Source: Reclinomonas americana ATCC 50394 (lineage: Eukaryota). From it: a stretch of DNA of 58,349 nucleotides. The notes beneath the pieces are model-generated. The model made no database searches, had not been told where the DNA came from, and saw only the letters and a list, made by a program, of their open reading frames with translations. Shown here in pieces: positions 35,601-49,213 of this stretch (its first letter is position 1; every line of letters starts with the position of its first letter). The stretch covers positions 279,619 through 337,967 of the forward strand of contig PS015039.1 of the NCBI GenBank assembly GCA_048213135.1, read 5' to 3'. The position numbers and the translations under genes are program-made.

Positions 35601-37030
35601 CATGCGGTGCACCTCGTAGAACAGTTCCGCACGGAACGCACTGTCGGCTCCTGCAATGGTGGATGAGCATCGTGCCACACGACCGCGTCGATGACAACAA
35701 GTAGAGACACACCATCTGTGTCGCACACCACGAGATCACTGATTGTTGTGCCGCGCTGGTCCATGTCGGCACTCGTCACTGCAGAGCGATGTGAATGGAG
35801 AGAAGAGTATCGCGATACCGCGTGTCGTGCGTACACAACTCTCAAAGCGCACAGTCACCACGCGATGACGCAGGTGTGCCGTGCGACCGAGCGGTCCGCG
35901 CTTCTGCACGCCAATCTGGCGGATGAGGCTGCGCACACCCGACCAACATCATGATCAGCAACTCGCTTGTCTAATAGGTCTGCGCGACAATCTACCGACC
36001 TCTTTGCCGTCTTGGGAGTCAGCGAGGTGAACTCGACGACCGCTGCCTCTCGTGCGCCCTTGTGCACAAAGGCAGGCCACTCGGCTGAGCTCAGCACCGG
36101 GCGCACCGGAACAAACGGCAGCTCATCCTGCAGCAATGACGAATAAGAAGAACACCGGGCGCCCCCTCACACTACCAGCAGCACCGCATGCGCACCTGCT
36201 GCCCGATGGTCAGGAGCTCGTAGGAGAAGCGCGAGGGCTGACCGACAGCATCGACTGCCAGCACCGACACCTGCTCACACATGCATCAGCTCACAAGTGT
36301 ACAGCCCACACCGACAAGAGCTCCCCCCCATGTGTACGCAACGCTCTGCACGCGCTCCGACGCCAGCATGCGATCCACAATCCGGCAGACGACTCCTGCA
36401 TCCGGCTGACCCACTGCTCCATACAACTGATCGGTCTTGCCCGTGCGGACTCCACCAATGCTCATCAGCATGACACGGGCCGGTTCTGCAGCACAAAGCC
36501 ACTCGACAGAGCGCGTCACCAGTGCCTGCCGGTCGGTATGCACGAATGCGGGAGGAGGAGAAGACGATGAGGAAGGAGATGATTGCATTGGCGCGAAAAT
36601 CACAAAATGCACATTATGTTCCGCAACTGTGGCATCGTCGGCCTCGTCGGTGGTCTTGTGTGCCGGGGAGACCCACATGTGCAGGTGCGGGCACTCTGGA
36701 ACCTCCAATAGCTCGCCCATGTGTTGCTGCGCTGTCAACTCCTTCTGCGAACCAATGGAACATGTGCGACTGACGTGCTTATTGCGACGCACAGAGTCGC
36801 GGACGTGAGTGGGTGGGCGGTCGAGCGCAGCCATCTCCACCTTGGTGCGGCGGCTGGGAGTGAGAGACTGTGCACAAGTGTGAGTGCAATAGGGGACATG
36901 GCATGTCGAGTGCGTGCAGTGCCCGCGAAACTTGCATCATTGCCGGGCGAAGTGGGGAGCGGTTGTTGGGGCTGGCCATCGGCGCATTAGCGGCGGCAGA
37001 GAGCGGCGACGAGTCACTCGCGGAGGCCAT
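32680..37030 (-). CDS. Degenerate kinesin-motor-like P-loop protein + coiled coil + C-terminal Ada-like Zn-binding motif, copy 1 (34087-34711 assembled inverted)
   Basis: VMLMSIGGVRTGKTDQLYG..AGVVCRIVDRML fits kinesin TIFAYGQTGSGKT.TM.G..GIIPR; RPFRHDVMRLLTGF resembles HIPFRDSKLTRLL; heptad exons follow; tail IYRTPTGRKWHTNPRC..GLSACKNC. Confidence 0.65.
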
Positions 37031-37210
37031 TTTGTTGTGACGGAAAACGGGAGTTGTCCGTCTTGTCCTTCCGTCGATGCACATCTAATCCGTCCACTCG
37101 GAACGCTGTGGCACAAGGAATATGACAGATTTATGAAGTCGCTGAGTATCATTAAGACGTGCACATACAGCACAGTTCACGATCGCGCACAGTGACCGCA
37201 GCGACAGAAT

Positions 37211-39412
37211 TCAACGTCGACGCCGAGGCAGTGAATCAAGGACGCGGGAATCCCAACAGTGCGTGCACGTGTCGGCACTCGCGATCTCGTCACGGCAAGT
37301 GATCGTGACGGGAATCGGGTGCCTCGTGTTGCGACAATCCGGAATCATGTGGTACTTGCTGCCGTATTGAGTGAAGTAGACTTCCACAGCCTCTTCCTCC
37401 TCCTCGTCATCCGAGCCGTACTCCCGCTGCTCGCGATCGGCTAGCGCTCTTGTAGGACGCTCCTCGCTCAGCTTCGTCTTCGTGCGTCGGTACTTGCTCT
37501 TCCACAAACGTGCCTCGTTCCCTGCCTCCACTGCATGCACACACACATGAGGTTCCTGTCCTGGGTAAATGCGGAAGACAGTTGTTACGCACGAAGACGA
37601 CAATAGAGATCGTCGCTCTCTTCTGTGAGTCTGTGGACATCAGCGGCGCTGTCTTCAGCCTGCTGTACGGCAAAATCTGAATGGTTATAAATCCACACAT
37701 CAGGCATGAATCGAAAGCTGAGGAACGACTCGCGCACGCGCAGGTGCGGGCACACCTCGTTCACGGGCGAGATTCAGCAGTCGCGCTGTACCACAAACAC
37801 ATATCCAAGTTGGCCATCCGTACGCGTTACGTGAACTTGATAGTAAAGTGTGTGGGAAGTACGCACCTTGCGACGCCTCACGCTCCTTGGCGGCTTGGGC
37901 CAGTCGCGCTGTGGTGAGTACACGTGATGCGCTTTAGTCGAACGCATACAAGGAACAGAGCAATATAATAAAAACAGTTTCGCGACGCGCAACACACACA
38001 GACCATTCAGCTCGCGAACTTCCGATTCTTGACGTGCTGTTCCAACATAATTATAAGACACATGCACGTTAGTGGTCTGTTGCATGCAAGCCGACTGCGT
38101 GCACGAGGTGCTCACCTTGCGACGCTTCACGCTCCTGGGCGGCTTGGACCAGCTGCGCTGTGGGAGTACACGTGATACGCGTTAGTCATGCGCACGAACA
38201 CAGCACCAATAACTTCGCGGAGGCGAAGTACACGCAGACCTTGTTGCAGCCTGTGCACATACGACTTGAATTGCTCTGACAGGTCCATGTTGGCGGACAG
38301 TTGCATGCAAAACAAAGCGCGTGCGGCAAGTACGCACCTTGCAACGCCTCACGCTCCTGGGCGGCTTGGACCAGCTGCGCTGTGGGAGTACACGTGATAC
38401 GCGTTAGTCATGCGCACGAACACAGCACCAATAACTTCGCGGAGGCGAAGTACACGCAGACCTTGTTGCAGCCTGTGTACATACGACTTGAATTGCTCTG
38501 ACAGGTCCATGTTGGCGGACAGTTGCATGCAAAACAAAGCGCGTGCGGCAAGCTTAAGTACGCACCTTGCAACGCCTCACGCTCCTTGGCGGCTTGGGCC
38601 AGTCGCGCTGTGGGGAGTACACGTGATGCGCTTTAGTCGAACGCATGCATGGAACAGAGCAACAATTGTTTCGCGACGCGCAACACACGCAGACCATTCA
38701 GCTCGCGCACTTCCGACTCGGATTTCTTCTGACGCACTGCACCAACACAGACACACATGCACGTGAGTGGTCTGTTGCATGCAAGCCAGACTGCGTGCGC
38801 GAGATGCTCACCTTGTGACGCCTCACGCTCGTTGGCGGCTTGGGCCAGTTGTGCTGTGGGGAGTACACGTGATACGCTTTAGTCGAACGCATGCATGGAA
38901 CAGAGCAACAATAGCTTCGCGACGCGCAACACACACACACACCATTCAGCTCGCGAACTTCCGATTCTTTACGTGCTGTTCCAACATAAGACACACATGC
39001 ACGTTAGTGGTCCGTTGCATGCAAGCCAGACTGCGTGCGGCAGTACGCACCTTGCGACGCCTCACGCTCCTTGGCGGCTTGGGCCAGTCGCGCTGTGGGG
39101 AGTACACGTGATGCGCTTTAGTCGAACGCATGCATGGAACAGAGCAACAATTGTTTCGCGACGCGCAACACACACAGACCATTCAGCTCGCGAACTTCCG
39201 ACTCGGATTTCTTCTGACGCACTGCACCAACACAGACACACATGCACGTGAGTGGTCTGTTGCATGCAAGCCAGACTGCGTGCACGAGGTGCTCACCTTG
39301 TGACGCCTCACGCTCGTTGGCGGCTTGGGCCAGTTGTGCTGTGGGGAGTACACGTGATACGCTTTAGTCGAACGCATGCATGGAACAGAGCAACAATTAT
39401 TTCGCGAGGCGC

Positions 39413-39448
<36 letters not shown>

Positions 39449-42400
39449 ATTCAGCTCGCGNNNNNNNNNNNNNNNNNNNNNNNNNNNNNNNNNNNNNNNN
39501 NNNNNNNNNNNNNNNNNNNNNNNNNNNNNNNNNNNNNNNNNNNNNNNNNNNNNNNNNNNNNNNNNNNNNNNNNNNNNNNNNNNNNNNNNNNNNNNNNNNN
39601 NNNNNNNNNNNNNNNNNNNNNNNNNNNNNNNNNNNNNNNNNNNNNNNNNNNNNNNNNNNNNNNNNNNNNNNNNNNNNNNNNNNNNNNNNNNNNNNNNNNN
39701 NNNNNNNNNNNNNNNNNNNNNNNNNNNNNNNNNNNNNNNNNNNNNNNNNNNNNNNNNNNNNNNNNNNNNNNNNNNNNNNNNNNNNNNNNNNNNNNNNNNN
39801 NNNNNNNNNNNNNNNNNNNNNNNNNNNNNNNNNNNNNNNNNNNNNNNNNNNNNNNNNNNNNNNNNNNNNNNNNNNNNNNNNNNNNNNNNNNNNNNNNNNN
39901 NNNNNNNNNNNNNNNNNNNNNNNNNNNNNNNNNNNNNNNNNNNTTGTGCTGTGGGGAGTACACGTGATACGCTTTAGTCGAACGCATGCATGGAACAGAG
40001 CAACAATTGTTTCGCGACGCGCAACACACACAGACCATTCAGCTCGCGCACTTCCGATTCCTGACGTGCTGCTCCAACATAAGACACACATTCACGTTGG
40101 TGGTCCATTGCATGCAAGCCAGATCTAAAGTGTGTGCACGAGATGCTCACCTTGTGACGCCTCACGCTCCTTGGCGGCTTGGGCCAGTCGCGCTGTGGGG
40201 AGTACACGTGATGCGCTTTAGTCGAACGCACGCATGGAACAGAGCACCAATAGCTTCGCGAGGCGCAACACACACAGACCATTCAGCTCGCGCACTTCCG
40301 ACTCGGATTCCTTTTGACGTGCTGCACCAACACAGACACACATTCACGTTGGTGATCTGTTGCATGCAGGCCAGAGTGCGTACATGAGGTGCTCACCTTG
40401 CGACGCCTCACGCTCCTGGGCGGCTTGGGCCAGTCGCGCTGTGGGAGTACACGTNNNNNNNNNNNNNNNNNNNNGCACGAGGTGCTCACCTTGCGACGCC
40501 TCACGCTCCTTGGCGGCTTCGGCGAGTTGCGCTGTGGGGAATACACGTGGTATGCTAAATGAGCAGCCGACAGCGCGGACCGGTGACACACGTACAAATG
40601 AATATACCTTTCAAGTCGCGCACTTCCGTTTCAGACTGCGCCAGGCGGTCTGCAGCGGCATAAGGACATGTTAGAGCCAACCAAGTGCGTCAATCTGGGC
40701 GGCTCATGGCAACAGGCACACGCAACGCTGCAGATCATCGTTCTCGCGATTCTTGCGCTCCACAGACCCTGTACATCGACCAGTATCAGCACATGGAAAC
40801 GAATGGAATCCTCAGCTGCATGTCACGCACCCTCGGCCTGCAGCAAGCGCTCCTGCAGTGACGCCAGGATCTCTGTATAGAACAGAATCGGTGAGCAGGA
40901 CAACACATCATGTCTCACGATTAACGCAGCACTAATGCACCAGTGTGCCTTCGCGAATTATCTATTCGCCGAACACGCGACACCAAGGTGAGCCGAGTTA
41001 CTCGTCACCAACGGTGCAGCGAATCAGTACCGCACCTTGCTCCTGATGTTGATGCATGGCCACAGTCGCATATGCATGCAGAATCTCCACCTCGTCGCGG
41101 AGCGCTTGCACAAGATGACGGAGCTCACTGTTCTCCTGGGTAAGCTGGCGGACCTGTGATGGTCGACAGAGGAGGGTTGAACGCGCTGGACTCATTCTGT
41201 AACAACAGCTTTCTGCAATACCGCACCTCGGTCTGCCACAAACAAACACGCACATATATAAGGATGAGACAAAATAAAGTTGCTTCAAAGTCGGCGACTG
41301 CCAAACTCACCCTCGCCATCTCCGCCACTGTAATCTGCATCGATCACCACAGTTTATGGGTAACAAGAATGCACTCGGCAAAAGGCGATGAACGAGTCTT
41401 ACCGTCTTGCAAGTAACCCGATCTGGAGAGCTTGCAGCCGGGTCAGGAGAGCTTGCAGCCTGGTCAAAGTCATCCTCCTGCGAACACATATTACTCAGAA
41501 AAATGAGACGGAAAAGAGAGAGATTCGGATGAACCAGTGTGCGCTGACGCCGCACTGGATCATCGCCTGCTGGCGATGACCTCTCCATCGCGATCGTGCC
41601 AGCCTGTGGCTCGCCAGTGTAAGCGCACGCACCACATGCACCATGGATCCGACTCCGACAACTCACTGCTGCATCGTCCATCGGTTCACCGATCGCGACG
41701 ACACTACCCGAGCGAGAACTGGACACGAAGCGCTGCACATCCATGGCGCGCGTATCGGTGCTGACGCAGAAAACCTGCCACATCGCGCGCGCGTGAGCAA
41801 GAGACTTCACGGAAAGGAGAGAAGCGCACAGGGATGCACACCGTCTGCACTCGAGGCATCGGCTCGCTGACAAAGCCGGTGAGCAGATCCACGACATCGT
41901 GACAGTACGGACGGATGGCCTCCGTCTGCGCCTCGTGCATGCAGTGCACTTCATGAAATAGCGCAGCACGGAACGCACTGTCGGCTCCTGCAATGGTGGA
42001 TGAGCATCGTGCCACACGACCGCGTCGATGACAACAAGTAGAGACACACCATCTGTGTCGCACACCACGAGATCACTGATTGTTGTGCCGCGCTGGTCCA
42101 TGTCGGCACTCGTCACTGCAGAGCAATGTGAATAGAGAGAAGATCTAGAGTACCGCGATACCGCGTGTCGCGCGCACGCAACTCTCAAAGCGCACAGTCA
42201 CCACGCGATGACGCAGGTGTGCCGTGCGACCGAGCAGTCCGCGATTCTGCACGCCAATCTGGCGGATATCATCGATGAGGCTGCGCACACCCGACCACCA
42301 AACTCAGCAACTCGCATGCCTAATAGGTCTGCGCGACAATCTACCGACCTCTTTGCCGTCTTGGGAGTCAGCGAGGTGAACTCGACGACCGCTGCCTCTC

Positions 42401-43348
42401 GTGCGCCCTTGTGCACAAAGGCAGGCCACTCGGCAGAGCTCAGCACCGGGCGCACCGGAACAAACGGCAGCTCATCCTGCAGCAATGACGAATAAGAAGA
42501 ACACCGGGCGCCCCCTCACACTACAAGCAGCACCGCATGCGCACCTGCTGCCCGATGGTCAGGAGCTCGTAGGAGAAGCGCTTTGGCTGACCGACAGCAT
42601 CGACTGCCAGCACCGACACCTGCTCACACATGCATCAGCTCACAAGTGTACAGCCCACACCGACAAGAGCTCCCCCCCATGTGTACGCAACGCTCTGCAC
42701 GCGCTCCGACGCCAGCATGCGATCCACAATCCGGCAGACGACTCCTGCATCCGGCTGACCCACTGCTCCATACAACTGATCGGTCTTGCCCGTGCGGACT
42801 CCACCAATGCTCATCAGCATAACACGGGCTGGCTCTGTAGCACAAAGCCACTCGACAGAGCGCGTCACCAGCGCCTGCCGATATATGAATATTTGAATTG
42901 TTGTGCAGAAAAACGGAACAATAATGCACAATCATGTTCCGCAACTGTGGCGTCGTCGGCCTCGTCGGTGGTCTTGTGTGCCGGGGAGACCCACATGTGC
43001 AGGTGCGGGCATTCTAGAACCTCCAGCAACTTGGATTTAGCCGGTTCTAAATCCAACCCGGTAACCTTAGCGCACGAACGCATGACGAGCTCTTTGCGTC
43101 GAGCAGACTCGCGGACGTGAGTGGGCGTGTACTCGGGGGCAGCAACCCCCACCTTGGTGTGACTCCTAGGGGTGCGTGGCTGCAAAAAGTGGGATTGTGA
43201 GTGTGATGTCGCGATCGGAAAAGTGACATGGCATGTCGAGCGCGTGGAATGCCCGCGAAACTTGCGCCGCAGCGGAGCGGTCGTTGGGGCTAGCCACCTG
43301 TGCATCAGCGGCGGCGGAGAGCGGCGACGAGTCGCTCGCGGAGGCCAT
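37211..43348 (-). CDS. Tandem paralogue (copy 2) of the degenerate kinesin / coiled-coil / Ada-like Zn gene, with expanded coiled coil
   Basis: 40600-43390 is closely similar to 34087-37080, including introns and the identical GGVRTGKT. Tail VYFTQYGSKYHMIPDC..TCTHC* is homologous to that of copy 1. Confidence 0.65.
37860..40550 (-). repeat. Tandem array of ~220-250 bp exon-intron units (at least 10 visible copies, gapped)
   Basis: CCTTG(C/T)GACGCCTCACGCTC..GGCGGCTTGG.CCAG recurs near 37867, 38116, 38337, 38566, 38811, 39050, 39296, 40150, 40396 and 40490. On the minus strand each copy is an AG/GT-bounded exon encoding ARLAQAAKEREASQ or a variant. Confidence 0.92.
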
Positions 43349-43582
43349 TGTGACGGAAAACGGGAGTTGTCCGTCTTGTCCTTCCGTCGATGCATGCATG
43401 CATCCTCGTCGGAAGCGTCGTCGCTGCGACGTCGCGCTTGCACCGAATGCACACCTCCATGCTGCCAAGGATACAGGATACGCACAGCTATCTCATCCAG
43501 CGCGCCTTGGAAATGACAACTCGACGACTTCTGCAATCGGCCAAGTGTTCGCTTTCATGATCACAGCTGCCAGCATTTTTCT

Positions 43583-44619
43583 TTACTTGTCGCCGCTGTC
43601 GCCACTCGGCCCCGCTGCAGCATCGCCCTCTGGTGAGGATGCCACCTTCGGCGCCCCGCCTCGCGACGATCGGGAGCCCGAACCTGAGCCTGCAGCCGCT
43701 GCCGACTTGGCCGAAGGAGGAGGCGCCGCCGGCTGTGTGGTGGGATAGCTATCGATCTGCGCGTGCATTCTCAACGTGGTTAGTAACCACACCGATCGCG
43801 ATCGAGCGACCTCACTCACCACCAGCGTGACCGGCCCGTCGTTCTCGATCTTGACATTCATCATGGCACCAAACACACCATCTGGCACGGTAGTTAAGCA
43901 CACTGTACCACTCCCCCAACAACCCATCATGTACGCATACACGCAGTACCTTTGACCTTGTCCGGCTCATACGCCTCACGCACCATGCGCACAAACTGCG
44001 CGTAGAACTCGCGCGACTCGTCGCTCTTCATCGCCACATGAAAGTCCGGCTTGTACCCTGCGACCCGTCAGCCGCCCTCACTCTCTCACACACCATGCAT
44101 CCACACTAACCCTTCTTGGTCGACCCATACAACGTGAACTGCGACACCAGCAGCACCTCCAATCCCAAATCCTTGACGGACTTGTTCCACCACCGACCGC
44201 CCTCGTCCTCAAACATGCGCACCTGAAGCAGCTTGCGGCACCTGCATCACTGACCACAGTCACAAGGCGAGCGAGGGAGGCCACAGACAACGACAAAGCG
44301 ACACAAACAGTTGCTCGGCATCCTCCATGGTGTCGTCACGCGAGATGCCGACCAGCACATTCAAGCCTACGCACACCACATGCACAGTGACACACACGTC
44401 GACTTTTACTATGCTGTTCGCGCGCATACCTCGTCCAATCTGTGACACCACTTGTCCATCGACCTCCTGCATGCATGCTAGTGAGCGAGCGTGTGAGTGC
44501 ATCGTGGGCAGCAGTGGCACGCAACGACAGAGGACGACAAGACGCGTTGCAGAACCAGTCTCTGTGTGTGCAACAGTGAGCATCGATGCAACACAGTCGT
44601 CACTGCGCTCACACACCAT
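43583..44619 (-). CDS. DTD1: D-aminoacyl-tRNA deacylase
   Basis: [71 protein letters not shown]: the SQFTL and Gly-Pro motifs are present. Confidence 0.96.
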
Positions 44620-44669
44620 CGCTGCAATCAGTGGTGGTGAGTCACTGTTCTTTTCGCGAATTCGGATCG

Positions 44670-45766
44670 ATGCTCGTGCGCGCCACTCGTCGCCTTCTTC
44701 TCTCGCTACGATGGGCGTCGTCGACTCCACCAAAGCCCGTCACCTCCCTCGATGCACCTCCAACGCAACATCGCCTGCAGCCGCCCTCTGCGACCTCCGA
44801 TGACGACGATGAGCGATTGGCGCGAGAGTGGTGGGATGCGCAGAGCACGTGGCGCGAGGGCGCTCATGCCGAGCGCAAGTGGGCACAGGCGCTTGACGAT
44901 GCGCATCGCGATGCGCAGGTGAAGAGCAAGTGGAAGGCACCGTGGAAAGGTACGATGTGGTGTCGTCGCCTTAATCCTCCTCAGGCATTGTGCTTATCGT
45001 GCGTTTTTTTTTGCAGATCGGTTGCGGTGGTGGCAGAACGCTGGCGATGGAGACGAGTTCCCGTCGCGAGAGTGGCAGGAGTGGTTCATACGAGCTGGGC
45101 ATGAGGTCGATGAGGAGACGCGGAAACGAGGTGAAACGCATGAGCAGGTGTGTTGTTGTCTTCTCCTTGGCTGTTGTCTTTGAGTGCTGAGTGTGCATCC
45201 TCTGCGTAGGCGATTCAGCGGCTGGGCGAGGTGCAGATCCCAGCTGGAACGCGAGAGCGAGCGGAGCTGGAAAAGTTCACAGATCCGGCGCATCCGTGGT
45301 CGCATGAGGCCGACAAGGAGCGTGAGCGGGAGAGGCGAGCTGGTGAGCGCGGTGGAGTGAGTCGCTGACTGTGACGAGGCGCTGTTTTGACTCTTTCTTG
45401 CTGGGGGCGCAGAGTACATTCAGAAGAATCACCCGCAAGAGTACGATCGAGTGATTCTGGGCGTCACCGACGAGGAGGATCGCTTCCGAAATTCGTTTGA
45501 GGATTTCGAGGAAGACACGCTGCCGCCGATGCAGGGCACTGGCGAGCGAGGCATTGTGGTCATGGTGTTGGTGCGCACACGAGTGGATCTTCTTGTGCAT
45601 CACCGTGCCTGTCCACTAAACAGTGCACCCTCATAACCAGGTGGGAGCAATCGGGGGTGTGATTGCGCTCAATTACTTGGCGCATCGACGAGCCAAGCGG
45701 ATACACGCAGAATTCGACGAGAAGCAGCAGCAGCAGCAGCAAAGCGCACCACCTGCCGTGTCATAA
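44670..45766 (+). CDS. Hypothetical single-pass membrane protein with probable mitochondrial presequence
   Basis: Arg-rich, acid-free N-terminus MLVRATRRLLLSLRWASST; Trp-rich middle; spliced hydrophobic segment GIVVMVL|VGAIGGVIALNYLA followed by HRRAKR; TAA ends at 45766. Confidence 0.6.
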
Positions 45767-45792
45767 TATAGGCAGTGATTATTATTGTCGCG

Positions 45793-48700
45793 CTACTTCA
45801 AGTCGGCCGGAGGCGCGCGTGACAGAATCCAGCGCGACAGGGATTTCGACAGATCGTCCCCGATCACCCACTCCAGGCCATTGGGTTGCAGATGCGGGCG
45901 GCCGCCACCACCGCCCCCACCTCGCTGGCCGCCTCCACCGCCGCGCCATTTCCCGCCGCGCCATACGCCACCTGTGGCCGTGTCTTGTTGCGAGCGCAGA
46001 GCAAAGGCCACAAACTGCGCCGTGTACAGATCGACGCCTGGCGAGGTGGTGCCGAGCACGTCCACCTCGACAGCAAAATTGGTCTCATCCACGCACTGCG
46101 CCCACTGATCGCCACTCCATGGCATCGGGCGGTGGAAGAACGGATCGCCCGGCAGCATCAGCCCCTCGACAAACATGGACACCTGCATAGCGAGTGCCTC
46201 CATGGCCATGGCTACTGTCGTCATGTCTGCCGCCTGAATGCGGTCCTTGGTAGACGAGTCTCCTTTGCTGGCTGCAGCAGCCACCCTCCACTCGCCGCTG
46301 TCAACTGCTGCCGACGACGACGACGACCCGCGGCCACCACCGCGACCACGACCACCTCCACGACCACCGCGAGCCGAAGCCGGACGGGAAGCGGATCCGG
46401 GCGCAGCCACGGTGCTCCACTCGGTTGCATCGCTGGCAGGAGCCGGAGCCGGAGCCGGAGCAGCGGCGCTTGCTGGACGCTGTGCGTTCGATGGCGGGGG
46501 TGGAGCAATGTCTCTGCTCGACCGATATATTGATGAGGAGGAGGGGATTGCGATCAACGACAACAGTGTGGGTGAGACGCACGGTCGGATGCGATGCAGC
46601 ACGTCCTCGAGGTTGTATGGCTCTGTGTCGGGGTACTGCGGGCGAGTCTGCAGCACTCGGTCGCAGTACTTGAGCAGTGCCCACACAATCGACAGCTTCG
46701 GTCGCATCAGCGGCATGGTGAGGCACAATCGCACACACAGCAGCACCAGAAGGTCCTCCATCATGGCGGTCGACTCCAATCGTGAGTACACCTCCGCGGT
46801 GAGCTGGACATCGCCGCCTGCCGCCCCATGCAGGATCCACCACAAGCATGCCCATCTGTGCATCAACAGCGCACGAAGAATAAGTCGTGGGGTGAGCAGG
46901 CACTCCAACTCGTCGCACGCACCGATCGGCAACCGGCCGGCGCAGCAGGCCCACTACGTCGCGCACTTCAAGTGCGAAGCCTGTGCGTGGAGCTGCAGCG
47001 ACCTTGTTCCCCTGGTAGACGTCGTACGACACGGCCAATTCGGTGACAGCTGCAGCAGCGACAGCAGCAGGTTGTCAGCCAGCCACACAAGGATGAAGAT
47101 GTCATTGTGCACGTACCCGAGTCAACTCCGCAGACAATAGAGTAGAAGCGCTTCCTCAGCGGCACAAAGCGGTTGAATAGCAGACCATTCTTGCGCGACT
47201 CAAAAAGAAGCGGTGACCACCATTCACGCTCGCCGAGTACTGCGCGAGCAGTGAGTATCACAACGGCCACAACAATCAACCAAGAGGCGACGACTGACAA
47301 ACCAGAAATCAATCGTGGCGACACTTTGGCCGTCTCGTAGCACTCCACCAATCGTTCAATCAACTCCGCTCGGCCCTCCTCGTCAGCACCACCGCATGTC
47401 GCCAGACCGCTAGACAAAACTCGGCGCATCTCCGTGTGCGTCTCCTCCAGTTGCGTAATGTCGTACTGATTGCGCGACGTCAAAATCATCTCTGCCCCGC
47501 ACCAGCGATAAGCAACTCGTGCCCGACTCTGCGTGTGCGCGTGCACAAGCGTACCCATGTTTCGCGCGTTGGCCAGATCACCGAGCACAAGGCGCAGAAA
47601 CTTTTCAGGATCACCCTCGTACAACTCGGCAATGCGAGCCGCCGACTCGCGCAGCTGATTGGCGACCCTACGAACATGGGTGGGTCGCGAGACGACGAGA
47701 TGACGAATGTCACACACAGGATGGCGCCGCACCTGGAACCGGGGCCTCGGGATTCGTTAAACAGCCGATCCTGGATGCGCTGTTGCAGTCGTTTGTCGAT
47801 GCGATCGTTGCCGACGAGCGCGGCGAGCATCAACAGCTCCTGCGTGCACACACAGTACACGAGTGAGGAAAAGCTGCGCGGCACACGATACATCACTCGG
47901 ACGAAACCTCCACGGATGCAAGTCCCAGTCGTTCGAGTGTGAACGCGGTGGTGAAGCGCCAACACACCAGTTCACCCTGCGTGCCGACAGCCAGCGAGTC
48001 AATCGGGATGAACCCGGCGGTCTGCATGATCAGAAAGTCCGAGTCGTTGCCCACGACACCAAAGGCACCGATCCTGCAAGCAGCAGATGAGTGGCGAATG
48101 GAGCAACTCCTTGACGTTCCCCCGCATGCACGCAACTCGACAGCGTACTTGGCCACCAGAGCGTCGGCCTCATACGCCGCCTGCACGACTTGCACGCCGC
48201 ACTCGATGAATGCGTGGATGCATTCCAGCTACAATGCCAGGAAGTGGTACTGAGAAGCTGGACGAAAAGAGCGACAGGCATGGACAGAAGACAAACCAGC
48301 ATGCAGCAAGGAGGCACAAACTTGTCAGTGCGCGGCATGAGGCCACGCACATGCAAATCCTCTGCAGCCTCGCATGCTTTCTCATACGTCGCCTGTCGTC
48401 GACTGATTCCCGTGGCAATCTGAACAACAACAACAGCATTCAGTGGCGCAAGGCGACTGACCGACTTGCGAGTGAGCAAGAGACCTTCTCGTGCGGAGTC
48501 ATTCCATCAAAGAAGACCACCATCTCGACTCCACCATCGCGCACAATCTGCACCAATGATCGCACGCGTTCTCTCAGTCTCGCATACTCGCCACCATACG
48601 CGAATGACAGAGGTCCACTGGTGCACAAGCGTGAGATGAGATGAGACAATGGAGAGGAGAGAGAGAGACGCACACATCGCTGCCTGCTGCACTGGGGAAC

Positions 48701-48890
48701 TATGTGCACACAATGAGTGAGTGAGTTAGAGAGAGACTTGCAGGTGTGCTCTCACCACTCCACAAGTGTACAGCCAAAACGCCAGCCCAGTTCCGTCCAC
48801 TGCGAGTGTGGAGCCTGGAGGCACCACTACGCGCACACGATCAGGCTGCACGTCGCGACAGACGACATTCAGCAGGCCCGGAACTCCCAT
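45793..48890 (-). CDS. Asteroid/FAM120-family PIN (XPG-like) domain protein with RGG-rich C-terminus
   Basis: MGVPGL, LAVDGTGLAFWLY, YGGEYARL, VVFFDG, YEADALVA, VVGNDSDFLI, LAALVGND; RGGRGGGRGRGGGRG near the end. Confidence 0.88.
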
Positions 48891-49213
48891 CAAACACAAA
48901 CTGGAAGACGGAGGGCAAACAATGTTCCGATTGTCCTCTTTGTGAAAAAGCATGGACCCGAGAGTGCACTACCCAGCTCTATGCCTTATGTACAATTATA
49001 GATGCCGATTCTGCGGAGAGAAAGAGAGAGAGAAGAGCAAGTGGCTCGACGTCGGAAGTCGACGTCGCGGATACCTCCACACCTGGCATACCAACGCCCT
49101 CGTGTCTCGTTCGCGACACCATTGCTCATTACACTGGAGCATACCACGGAGCAGCAATGCACAGCAGCTTCTCAACTTCGCACATACTTTCCCGCCATTT
49201 CTCATCTGATCAT

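Noticed and set aside
37860-40550. CRISPR-like regularly spaced repeats
   Set aside because: Whole ~220-250 bp units are homologous, with no unique spacers and no cas genes. The units carry splice signals in a eukaryotic gene.
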